A stretch of DNA of 64,000 nucleotides from Promethearchaeia archaeon (GTDB taxonomy: Archaea > Asgardarchaeota > Lokiarchaeia > Sigyniarchaeales > SOKP01): contig JAHQWG010000033.1 of the NCBI GenBank assembly GCA_029856045.1, forward strand, positions 64,001 to 128,000, given 5' to 3'. A model generated the notes under the pieces. The model was not told the DNA's origin, did not search any database, and saw nothing but the letters and a program-made list of their open reading frames with translations. Positions 29,709-38,762 of the stretch are shown here, piece by piece (position 1 is the first letter of the stretch; every line of letters starts with the position of its first letter). The translations under genes and the position numbers were made by a program.

Positions 29709-31204
29709 TTTGCCAATCTTTCAATCCAATTTTTAATTCGATTTTTCAGTACTTTTTGTACATCCTCATCAAGCTTTCCTTTATTTTTGACATCTGTTAT
29801 CCAACGGCGTATATCATTTAGTATTACAGAGAAGCCTTTATTTTCAAGAATATAGTCATTTAATTCTTCTAAATGTTTTGCAATTACATTTCCATTTTTA
29901 CTATCTAATTCTTCTGAAATTGCGATAAATCGAGAGCCAATCTCGGTCAATTCTCCCTTTAGAACTCCACTTTTAAGAATTTCATCTTTAATGGATTTCA
30001 ATGGTGCTTTTTCTTTCTTTTCTTCAATGACCTCAATAATTTTTTCCTTTTCTTCAATAAATGTAGAAATTGTATCGATTTCTTTACCAATTGGCTCTTT
30101 CTTCTCAGCAATTTCTCCAGATGGAGGAGGAATTTTTATTTCTTCAGATTTTTTTATGATTTTAATTGGCATTTGTTTTGTTTTTTCAAACAGAAATTGA
30201 AATGCCTGATTATTTTGGTGAATTGGTGAAGACATAAAGTTAAAAACGTTTGCTAATAATTCAAATATTTTTTGGCTAAGAGATTCATCAAAAATGGAGA
30301 ATTTTTCTTCTTCTTTTTCTAAGACCATATTAAAAGTTTTCTCTTGATCACTAATAGTTTGTTCATACTCGTACATTAAATCAAATAAACTCATTCGAAT
30401 CTCATTTTCAATTTTCCCAACTTGAGAAGATATTTCATTAATGTTTTGCTGTAAGATCTCTGAATTTTTTTTAAACACATCAGGTAATTTTTCATTGAAA
30501 CTTTCTTTAATTTCATTAATTTTATTATCAATAATTTTATCTACTAATAATTTTATATCTTTCTGCTTTTTTTTAAGGTTAAATTCTTCGAGATTTTCCA
30601 TAATTTCTTGTTTCGTATTCTCGATTTGTTTTACAAAATTTTGAAAATGTAAATTGAAAACGTTCTCTACCATTTTATAAAATTTACTGGTATTGTTTAA
30701 TAATAGATTTAATTCAGGGATTAATGAAACTCCATCTTCATAATCCGCTTTTATTAAACTTAAATTTGCTACAATTGTGGTTTTTGCTTCTTGAAAATTC
30801 TTAATATAATTTTTTAAATTTAATAAAAATCCAGATTCTTCTTTAATCTCATTAAAAATTTTGGATATTTTATCAGGTAATTCATTGGCCATTTGATTTG
30901 ATTTAACATCAAATTTCTCATAATAATTTAAAAATGCACGATATGGGGGTATAGCGTAATAATAAGGTGTAATTTCCTCGGAAGATTCTGAGTTAGAAAT
31001 ACACAAACCTTTAGTTAAAAGCTCTTCGATTAAACTTTTATTTAATTCTTCATTTGTAGTTTCTGTAATTGATGAGATTTCTTCCATTGTTAAGGGAGGT
31101 CTCCCAATAATTTTTAAATAAAGGTCAAGACTATCATGTGAAAGATCCAATTCATTTAATAATTGAGTTAAAAAATCTTTATCATTATTATTTGCCATAA
31201 TCAA
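29705..31204 (-). CDS. TrmB-like winged-HTH, long coiled-coil and Vps28-CTD-like helical bundle protein
   Basis: LDLSHDSLDLYLKII..LTMEEIS..LIEELLTKGL..YYAIPP wHTH; about 250 aa of heptad-rich helix; C-terminal four-helix domain. Confidence 0.6.
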   Translation of the reverse strand: MIMANNNDKDFLTQLLNELDLSHDSLDLYLKIIGRPPLTMEEISSITETTNEELNKSLIEELLTKGLCISNSESSEEITPYYYAIPPYRAFLNYYEKFDVKSNQMANELPDKISKIFNEIKEESGFLLNLKNYIKNFQEAKTTIVANLSLIKADYEDGVSLIPELNLLLNNTSKFYKMVENVFNLHFQNFVKQIENTKQEIMENLEEFNLKKKQKDIKLLVDKIIDNKINEIKESFNEKLPDVFKKNSEILQQNINEISSQVGKIENEIRMSLFDLMYEYEQTISDQEKTFNMVLEKEEEKFSIFDESLSQKIFELLANVFNFMSSPIHQNNQAFQFLFEKTKQMPIKIIKKSEEIKIPPPSGEIAEKKEPIGKEIDTISTFIEEKEKIIEVIEEKKEKAPLKSIKDEILKSGVLKGELTEIGSRFIAISEELDSKNGNVIAKHLEELNDYILENKGFSVILNDIRRWITDVKNKGKLDEDVQKVLKNRIKNWIERLAN

Positions 31205-31352
31205 GCACTATTAGTGAGTAATGATTTTTATAATATTTGATTTGATTTTATATCTTTGTTTGTAGTTTTGATTAGGAGTTTTAAAATTATATAAATTCTA
31301 AGGTTCTTTTAAAATAATAATAAAAAAAAAGATTAAGTTAAAAATGTGAGTA

Positions 31353-32486
31353 TTGGTAATAATGGAGATTGATAAGATATCAATTGGAACCGAAGCAACT
31401 TTCCTTCCACCTTTTGAAAATGGCATTAAGACGGTAAAAAGACTTGAAGAAACCGGATATGCTTCTTTATGGTGGGCAGACCACTTAATGGGTTGGATAC
31501 CCGAATCTATCTGGACTCCAGATATTATTAATGTAGCAGCTTATCAGAAAACACCCCATTTTTTCTTTGAAGCTTATACTACGATTGCTGTTGCGGCTTG
31601 GAATACCGAAAGAGTAAAATTGGGCACATCTGTTACTGAAACTTTTAGGAGACATCCTGCTGTACTTGCACAGTCCTTTTTAACTTTAGATCATCTCTCT
31701 AAAGGCAGAGTAATTCTTGGTATCGGAGCTGGTGAAGGTGAAAACGTCATTCCATATGGAATTGAATGGAATAAACCAGTGAGTAGATTGGAAGAAGCGA
31801 TTAAAATTATTAAACTTCTTTGGAAAAATGATAAAAAAGTGGATTTCGATGGAAATTTCTGGAAATTAAAAGATGCAATTCTTGCAATGGGTCCCTATAA
31901 AAATGGGGAATATCCTCCAATATGGATTGGGGCACACGGACCTAAAATGCTTGAATTAACAGGAAAATTAGGAGATGGGTGGTTACCTGCAAATCTAGAT
32001 CTCAATTCCTATAAGAAAGGGCTTAAAATTATTCAAGAGTCAGCAAAAAAAGTTGGTAAAAATCTAGACAACTTCACTCCAGCATTATGGTGTTACGCAA
32101 TTTTAGATGAGGATCATGAGGGTTGTTTAAATATGCTTGAAGCTCCATTAATTAAATGTCTTGCGTTAGTTATGTCCCATGAAAAATTCAATCAATACGG
32201 TATTTCACACCCTCTAGGTGAGAATTATAGAGGTCTTTTCGATTTTATCCCCACTAGGGTTGATCGAAAAACAGTGCTAGAAGCAATTGAGAAAATTCCA
32301 AAAAAAATGTGCGAAGATATCTACTTATATGGAACTCCTGATGAAATTATTGGAAAAATAGAAGAGTATGCTAAAGTTGGTCTCAAACATATAGTAATCC
32401 AAAACGCTACTATTTTTTCGGGTGTTAAAGAAATCAAGACTTCATTTAACTGTTTAAAGAAGGTGTTAAACTATTTTAATGGATAA
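31353..32486 (+). CDS. LLM-class (F420/flavin-dependent) oxidoreductase
   Basis: WWADHL, RHPAVLAQ..TLDHLSKGRVILGIGAGE, PPIWIGAHGPKML..GDGW, YGTPDEI. Confidence 0.93.
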   Translation: MVIMEIDKISIGTEATFLPPFENGIKTVKRLEETGYASLWWADHLMGWIPESIWTPDIINVAAYQKTPHFFFEAYTTIAVAAWNTERVKLGTSVTETFRRHPAVLAQSFLTLDHLSKGRVILGIGAGEGENVIPYGIEWNKPVSRLEEAIKIIKLLWKNDKKVDFDGNFWKLKDAILAMGPYKNGEYPPIWIGAHGPKMLELTGKLGDGWLPANLDLNSYKKGLKIIQESAKKVGKNLDNFTPALWCYAILDEDHEGCLNMLEAPLIKCLALVMSHEKFNQYGISHPLGENYRGLFDFIPTRVDRKTVLEAIEKIPKKMCEDIYLYGTPDEIIGKIEEYAKVGLKHIVIQNATIFSGVKEIKTSFNCLKKVLNYFNG

Positions 32487-32670
32487 AATATTTTATTTTA
32501 CTTTCTTTTTTAATTTAAATCACTCTAGAATTTTCAGATTCTTCACTGACAAATCTAAAGTTAAGAGAAAGAAAGAAATTTAAATTATTTAACATATATA
32601 CTCTTGAGAAAATAGAAATTATTAAAATTAATTATATTATCCTATCATAAAAAAATGAGGTTAAATACAA

Positions 32671-33420
32671 ATGATTGTCCCCTATACTCTCCCGCTTGAT
32701 TTATTAGAAGTATTTCAAGGAAGTTTTAGTTTGATTTTTGCTATTATTTCAATATTTGTAGGATTACGAATTCTATTTAAATATTTTGAATATAAGAGAA
32801 GAGAATTAATCCTTGTCGGAATATCATGGATTGGAATAGCGAGTCCTTGGATTCCTGATTCAATTAATTTTATAATGATTTTAGGCTTTAGTTCTATTCT
32901 TACAGAAGAAGCCTATCTCATTATCGGAAATGTTTTTATGCCGTTTTTCATTATTTGCTGGTTAATAGTAATTACCGATTTTTTGTATAAAGTAAGACAA
33001 AAGGTGATACTCATATTATGTCTTATTTGGACTGTAATTTTCGAAATAATTTTTTTTACATTACTCTTTATTGACTCTACATTAGTTGGAACATTTCTAG
33101 GACCATTTCAAGTAGAATTTGGTGATTTTATCACATTTACGTTATTATTTACTATTGTTATATTATTAATAAGTGGCTTATTGTTTGCTCGAGAATCACT
33201 AAAGTCAGAGGATAAAGAAATTAAATTGAAAGGGAAATTTCTCATAGCTGCATTTCTTTCATTCACTATTGGTGCGATTTTAGACTCATCAATTTCATTA
33301 ATACCAATAACTGTAGTAATTACTAGGTTAATTTTAATATCAAGCGCAATTGAATTTTATCTCGGCTTTATCTTACCTAAATGGGTAAAAAAATTTTTAA
33401 TTAAGGGATTAAAAAGGTAA
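32671..33420 (+). CDS. Stand-alone 7-TM membrane protein (HisKA_7TM-like; Lokiarchaeia-type family)
   Basis: Seven hydrophobic helices with short loops, C-terminal GFILPKW, no soluble output domain. Confidence 0.6.
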   Translation: MIVPYTLPLDLLEVFQGSFSLIFAIISIFVGLRILFKYFEYKRRELILVGISWIGIASPWIPDSINFIMILGFSSILTEEAYLIIGNVFMPFFIICWLIVITDFLYKVRQKVILILCLIWTVIFEIIFFTLLFIDSTLVGTFLGPFQVEFGDFITFTLLFTIVILLISGLLFARESLKSEDKEIKLKGKFLIAAFLSFTIGAILDSSISLIPITVVITRLILISSAIEFYLGFILPKWVKKFLIKGLKR

Positions 33421-33571
33421 TAAATTAAATTTTTATGAGAAGATAAATAAAATTTAATGAGTTTATTAAAAGAATTCTGTAAAAACCTAAAAATTTTTTT
33501 TAATTAAAAGTTTTATTATTAAATAAAAGACATTTTTTTTAATTGGTATAAGATATTTTGTAGGCTAGAAC

Positions 33572-34942
33572 ATGATAGAACTCCAAAAAGAAGATTTATT
33601 CATTTTTATCGATATAACAACTGATTTCTTAAAAAAAAAGACACTTTTTAAAGGACTTAAAGAATTAATTGATAAAAAGAAACAATTCAATATTTTAACA
33701 ATATTTAATTTGCTGTTATTCAAAGAAGATGCCAATCCTTTATTGATAATGGATAAAACCTCTTATGGAGAGATAATTGATATTTTATCTGAAAACTGGA
33801 GTTATAGAAATAAAACAAGCCTATTTGAGAATGGGATGTTTCTAACTTTATCTGAAATTCTAAAGAAAGCAAAAAAAGGTGTTGCAAATTATCGTATTAT
33901 TGTAATTACAGATAGTCCAAGTGAAATCCCCGAAGAAATGCAAGCAACCTTATTTGATCTTATAAGCAAGGTAAAGATTCTTCCAACATTCATAGATATT
34001 GTAAGAGTAGGAGATAAAAAATTCTATGCTGATGATGTAAAACTTAAAATAATTACAATGGAAACTACTGGTGGGATGTTTTATGCTGATTCTACTAATT
34101 ATTTTATGAACATTATGAATATTCTTGCAAAAAATAAACAAATTCAAAATGTTATTGTTGGAGAAATTAAGAAACAGATACAACCAGAAGATAAAACATT
34201 TTATGAAAAACTAGCTAGTGATTTACTTTCTCCAGAATCTGGAGAAGAATTAACTTGCACAATATGTAATATGCCCATTTGTCCAATATGTTTAGATAAA
34301 AATGATACTCCTCACAAATGTTTTAATTGTAATATTTCCTATCATGAATGCTGCGCTGCCCAATATTCCGCACTTAAAAACATTGGGCTTATTCATATTT
34401 TTAGATGCGCTGGTTGTGGTACTCTATTAAAATTAGAGGAAAATATGGTTCTCGAAAAAGCAAAAAATATTGAACAATTAAAATTTATTGAAGAAGATAT
34501 TGAAACTTTAGAGGAAAAAAGAAGGGAAGCAGTCAAAACTCCGATTCCTTCTAGTTCCGAAGAATTTATCTCAATATCTTCCGAAACAGAAATTTCAGAT
34601 GAAAATAAAGCTGATTTTATAATTGTAGACAGTGAAGAGTCAAAAACATTTGAAGATTTAGTACCTTCTCCCCCACCTCCACCAACTATCAAGAAAAAGA
34701 TAAGAATTGGAGGTTTTTTTGGACCTGAAATAGAAATAGAAGAAAAACAACAACAACAACCTCAAAAAGAAATAAAACCGCAAAAATATTGGTCTCCTAC
34801 TGGATCAACATCTTCCCAAATTTCTTCTATTACTCAATTAAATCCTCCAAAAACAAAACCTCTATTAAGGTTTTGCAAAATTTGTGGAGGGCCAATAAAA
34901 GGAAATGATAAGGCTTGTAGGTCATGCGGAGCTCCTGTTTAG
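33572..34942 (+). CDS. vWA-like domain, RING/PHD-type zinc finger, Pro-rich linker and C-terminal zinc ribbon
   Basis: EDLFIFIDIT, YRIIVITDS, FIDIVRVG, ETTGGMFY (vWA); CPIC..CFNC..YHECC..CAGC; PSPPPPP; FCKICG..CRSCG. Confidence 0.68.
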   Translation: MIELQKEDLFIFIDITTDFLKKKTLFKGLKELIDKKKQFNILTIFNLLLFKEDANPLLIMDKTSYGEIIDILSENWSYRNKTSLFENGMFLTLSEILKKAKKGVANYRIIVITDSPSEIPEEMQATLFDLISKVKILPTFIDIVRVGDKKFYADDVKLKIITMETTGGMFYADSTNYFMNIMNILAKNKQIQNVIVGEIKKQIQPEDKTFYEKLASDLLSPESGEELTCTICNMPICPICLDKNDTPHKCFNCNISYHECCAAQYSALKNIGLIHIFRCAGCGTLLKLEENMVLEKAKNIEQLKFIEEDIETLEEKRREAVKTPIPSSSEEFISISSETEISDENKADFIIVDSEESKTFEDLVPSPPPPPTIKKKIRIGGFFGPEIEIEEKQQQQPQKEIKPQKYWSPTGSTSSQISSITQLNPPKTKPLLRFCKICGGPIKGNDKACRSCGAPV

Positions 34943-34946
34943 ATTC

Positions 34947-35399
34947 TTAAATATTTTGTCCTAGTATCTCTTGAAATATTGTTTTTATATCTTTTTGCAT
35001 AGGAGGGCAACCTTCTATAATATAATCTACCGGAATTACTTCTGATAGATCTTCTGAATCTATTGCTAAATTTTTTAAATTTTGACCTTCAAGATTGAAT
35101 ATCTCTTGCCTCTCGGTTCCGCAATCTCCAAAGGATATGATAATATGATTTTTCTTAATACTCTGCCAGATTTCTAATAATTTCTCTCTATGGATTTTCA
35201 ATAAACATCCTGTAATTAATAAACAATTGCAATCTTCAGGATTATTTGTTTGTGAAATTTTTTTAAATCCGTTTTCTTTTTTATGTAGTAAAAATGAAGT
35301 GAGAGCTAAACTACATTTATTACATTCACCAAGATTTAAGATATATATCTTTATTTTACCAGTTATCAATGATTTTTTGGACGTCAAGTTATTAATCAT
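34947..35399 (-). CDS. NuoB / group 4 hydrogenase small-subunit-like Fe-S protein (orphan)
   Basis: GECNKC, LLITG, SFGDCG, IPVDYIIEGCPP. Confidence 0.8.
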   Translation of the reverse strand: MINNLTSKKSLITGKIKIYILNLGECNKCSLALTSFLLHKKENGFKKISQTNNPEDCNCLLITGCLLKIHREKLLEIWQSIKKNHIIISFGDCGTERQEIFNLEGQNLKNLAIDSEDLSEVIPVDYIIEGCPPMQKDIKTIFQEILGQNI

Positions 35400-35511
35400 C
35401 TTACAATATGAGAAGTCTCTGAAAATACATAATTTTTTATATAATATTATTATACCTAATTTTTATTAAATATAACTCAGCTCTTCTAATTGAAAATATA
35501 CTTATAAAATT

Positions 35512-35691
35512 CTATATATCTTTATATGTCATATTTTGTTCACAATATTTTGGTACGGGTTGATGACCACAATCTTCTGAACAACAACATAATAAATAAC
35601 CTTCCTTTAATATCTTTGATTGATTGCAACATTTTGGAACCTTTATTTCCGAACCACAAATCTCACAAACTAATTTTGGTATATTTATCAT
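35512..35691 (-). CDS. Small Cys-rich metal-binding protein (59 aa, absent from the ORF track)
   Basis: Manual translation: MINIPKLVCEICGSEIKVPKCCNQSKILKEGYLLCCCSEDCGHQPVPKYCEQNMTYKDI*. Confidence 0.75.
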   Translation of the reverse strand: MINIPKLVCEICGSEIKVPKCCNQSKILKEGYLLCCCSEDCGHQPVPKYCEQNMTYKDI

Positions 35692-35887
35692 CTCTTTTTA
35701 GAGTATAATATATAATTATTAGTTCTTTATTTTATATTCTCTAACAAGGTCGGTGAAATTATAATAGGACAATTTAGTCGTTTGGAGACTCTCATCCGTA
35801 TGTTTTTAATCGATAAATTATGGGGAAAAAAAATAAGCAATAATTAATTATATTTTAAAACTTATTTTTAAAACATCGAATATTATT

Positions 35888-36814
35888 TTGATCATGGGAC
35901 TATTTACTATCAAAAATATAATAAGTTTAGTTTCCATGGGTCCATCATTTTTACAGTCAATAGTAAGAAAAGTTCCATTATATGTGAATTATGATATAAC
36001 TTGGCAATGTAACTTAAAATGTAAACATTGTTATTTTTTCTCATCTACAACGGAATTAAAAAATAAAAGAAGGGAATTATCGGACGAAGAATGGATTAAG
36101 GTTTTTAAATACCATAGAAATTTAGGAACAAAAATAGCTGTTTTAACTGGTGGAGAACCTACTTTGAGAATGGATGTTATAAAAGAAGCGATTAAAATTT
36201 TTCCCACAGTTCAAGTTGTATCAAATGGAGTTATAAAATTACCTCGATTTAATGGATATAAGCAACCGAAATACTGGGTAAGTATAGATGGTACCAAGGA
36301 AACTCATAATAATATAAGAGGTGCAAGGGTTTTTGATAAAGTCATACAAAACATTCGGGAGAGCAATCCGGTCGTTACATCAACCATCATGACATTAAAT
36401 TATAAGGAAATTGAAGATATTGTTAAGATTGCTCACGATAATGGTGCTTCTGGATTAATCTTTCTATTATATACCGGCTATCCTGACGACCCACTTTTAT
36501 TAAAAGGTAATATATTAAAAAAGACAATAAAAGACATTTTAAAAGTAATGCGTGAATACGGAAATTTTATTTTTTATTCCAAAAAAATGTTAGAAGTATA
36601 CCTGTCAAAAGAATTTGTGCCACATTGCATATTTAAAACTGGTCAAATTAAAAGTTTCTATCCTGATGGAACACAAAAGTTTTGTGTCATGGGAAATTCC
36701 CCACTTTTATGTGAAAATTGTGGATGTGTCGTGCCAATTGCTGCTTATGCCTTATTTAAGAAATTTGATTCAGGTACAGTTGATAAAGCGAGAAAATTGT
36801 TTAATTTCAAGTAA
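35888..36814 (+). CDS. Radical SAM protein
   Basis: CNLKCKHC, LTGGEPTLR, VSIDG..HNNIRG; C-terminal Cys cluster (C..C..CENCGC). Confidence 0.92.
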   Translation: MIMGLFTIKNIISLVSMGPSFLQSIVRKVPLYVNYDITWQCNLKCKHCYFFSSTTELKNKRRELSDEEWIKVFKYHRNLGTKIAVLTGGEPTLRMDVIKEAIKIFPTVQVVSNGVIKLPRFNGYKQPKYWVSIDGTKETHNNIRGARVFDKVIQNIRESNPVVTSTIMTLNYKEIEDIVKIAHDNGASGLIFLLYTGYPDDPLLLKGNILKKTIKDILKVMREYGNFIFYSKKMLEVYLSKEFVPHCIFKTGQIKSFYPDGTQKFCVMGNSPLLCENCGCVVPIAAYALFKKFDSGTVDKARKLFNFK

Positions 36815-36923
36815 TTTTTGCTATTGAGCAAAATCATTTTTTATTTATGAGAATCAAACTTCAAACTTGAATGATTAAACTATATTTATTTATATACTAT
36901 TAGTAAAAATGGAATTGTATTTT

Positions 36924-38312
36924 CTATCTTCTTTTTTCACGGTATCTATATAAAAATAATACCATAATAACAAGTAAAACTCCAAACCCCACTTCTGTTA
37001 TCCCTACTACGGGTTCTTCTTGGAAAAATAAAGCTAATATAACTAATCCAATTTCAAACACTGCCAGATAATTTAAAAGAGCTAGGAATTTATTTTCTAA
37101 TTCACTTGCTATAGTATTTAGTTTTTCTCTTTCTTTTCCAAGCGTTTCACGTATTCTCTTAATTATATCATCTGTTTGTCTTGAAAATGTATCACCATCA
37201 AGTTTATAGATCATCTCTAAAAACATGCTAGTTTTAAAAGTACTCGTAAATAATAAGCGTGTGATTTTAAAAATTATTATATCTTTGTTTAATTCCAGAA
37301 TAGTTTGATTCAATCCTGACTCTAAATCTTCTAATTTTGCGATTTTTGCTTTTAATGAGAGTTTTTTCTTAGTAGCTTCAGTCTCAAATACTTTTTTATC
37401 AAATTCTTCAGCAATTGTGAGTATATTATGCATATGCATAAGTATTAAATATCTTTGCACGTTTCCTACTTCTGGAGCAAATAATGTATCAATTAAAAAA
37501 TTCTTCATTGCCTTAGGGTCCAAAAGTCCGGGTCCTGGAATAATTACGTTTCCCGCATGAGTGATCATAACAAATTCATCTGTATATGGAGAGAGATTTT
37601 TCAGATTAATTTGATCTCTATAAGCAATTGGATCTAATTCTCGCCATTTATCAGTACGTAATGTAAGGCCTATAGAATATCTTGCATTTTTTCCAATATC
37701 TGTTCCAATAAATTTATAATCAGCTCTATTAAAATCTGGTTTAGCATCCCAAATAATCCATGTATGATGCCAAGGCTCAAGAGCAGAAGCTTTACTTTCT
37801 TTTTCTGCAAATTTCCCTGAACTGCTTAATAACTCATTGATCTCCCTTCTAATCTCCTGAAATTTTTCAGTTATCGGACGATCAGTACTCTCAAGAATAA
37901 TATTAGATGGTTGTGAAATTTCAATAAATTCTTCAATTTTATGGTAGTTGTCAAAGAGGAGCTCGCAATGTATTACCAGAACTGAACCATAATGAATATG
38001 TCCTTCTAACCTGAGTTGCCCGGTAATGTTTGGTACAGTTTTACATGAAAATTTATCCATACCTATCTTATAGCAAACTGGAGCATAAAGATGAGATTGA
38101 CTGGAAATCCATTTTAAAGGCTGGTGTATTATTTTTCCATCTTTCTCAATCTCAAAATGATAACTATCATATATTTTGAATGAACCTTCTTGTTGTAAAT
38201 ATTCTCTTACTTCTGGAAGTGTAAAATAACTATTTATCTCATAAAATTTCCAGAATACAAGAGTTACCTTAAAAGAATATTCTTTTTCCTTTTTTATTTC
38301 TAAATTTTCCAA
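36924..38312 (-). CDS. Hypothetical protein with C-terminal coiled-coil and two TM helices (CorA-like architecture)
   Basis: Large soluble alpha/beta region, long helix, then FLALLNYLAVFEIGLVILALFF and VGFGVLLVIMVLFLY followed by basic RYREKRR. Confidence 0.5.
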   Translation of the reverse strand: MENLEIKKEKEYSFKVTLVFWKFYEINSYFTLPEVREYLQQEGSFKIYDSYHFEIEKDGKIIHQPLKWISSQSHLYAPVCYKIGMDKFSCKTVPNITGQLRLEGHIHYGSVLVIHCELLFDNYHKIEEFIEISQPSNIILESTDRPITEKFQEIRREINELLSSSGKFAEKESKASALEPWHHTWIIWDAKPDFNRADYKFIGTDIGKNARYSIGLTLRTDKWRELDPIAYRDQINLKNLSPYTDEFVMITHAGNVIIPGPGLLDPKAMKNFLIDTLFAPEVGNVQRYLILMHMHNILTIAEEFDKKVFETEATKKKLSLKAKIAKLEDLESGLNQTILELNKDIIIFKITRLLFTSTFKTSMFLEMIYKLDGDTFSRQTDDIIKRIRETLGKEREKLNTIASELENKFLALLNYLAVFEIGLVILALFFQEEPVVGITEVGFGVLLVIMVLFLYRYREKRR

Positions 38313-38327
38313 AATTCAACACCCTTT

Positions 38328-38762
38328 TTATAGTTCACATTTAACAAATGGGCCTCTATCATCGTTTCCAAAACGTTTAAATCCAAATTTTGCATGTAAC
38401 GCTGCTGACATTTCATTTTTCCAAATATAATGTGATTTCATAACACGATATTTATCTTTAATTACTTGTTTTTTAAATGCGTCTGTTAACATCGATCCTA
38501 ATCCTTTCTTTCGAAGATTTTCTAGAACCGCAACTTGATATAACCAAAATTCTCCCTCTATATCAATATTTGGAAAACCGACTATGAATCCAACAAGTTT
38601 TTTATCATCATTTTCCAATACAAAAAAATATCTTTGAAAACATCGAGCTAAATATTCATAAGTCCCTGTAACCGAATTTCGCACCCATGGAGCACATTTT
38701 TCTGCAACTTCAGTAACTTTTGGTGCATCCTCTATTTTAGCATTTCTCAGTTTGACGCCCAT
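38328..38762 (-). CDS. GNAT acetyltransferase (EctA-like)
   Basis: LVGFIVGF, FWLYQVAVLENLRKKGLGS, NEMSAALHAKFGF. Confidence 0.85.
   Translation of the reverse strand: MGVKLRNAKIEDAPKVTEVAEKCAPWVRNSVTGTYEYLARCFQRYFFVLENDDKKLVGFIVGFPNIDIEGEFWLYQVAVLENLRKKGLGSMLTDAFKKQVIKDKYRVMKSHYIWKNEMSAALHAKFGFKRFGNDDRGPFVKCEL

Noticed and set aside
35526-35708. ORF-track 60-aa plus-strand ORF
   Set aside because: It is the antisense shadow of the more credible Cys-rich minus-strand ORF at 35512-35691
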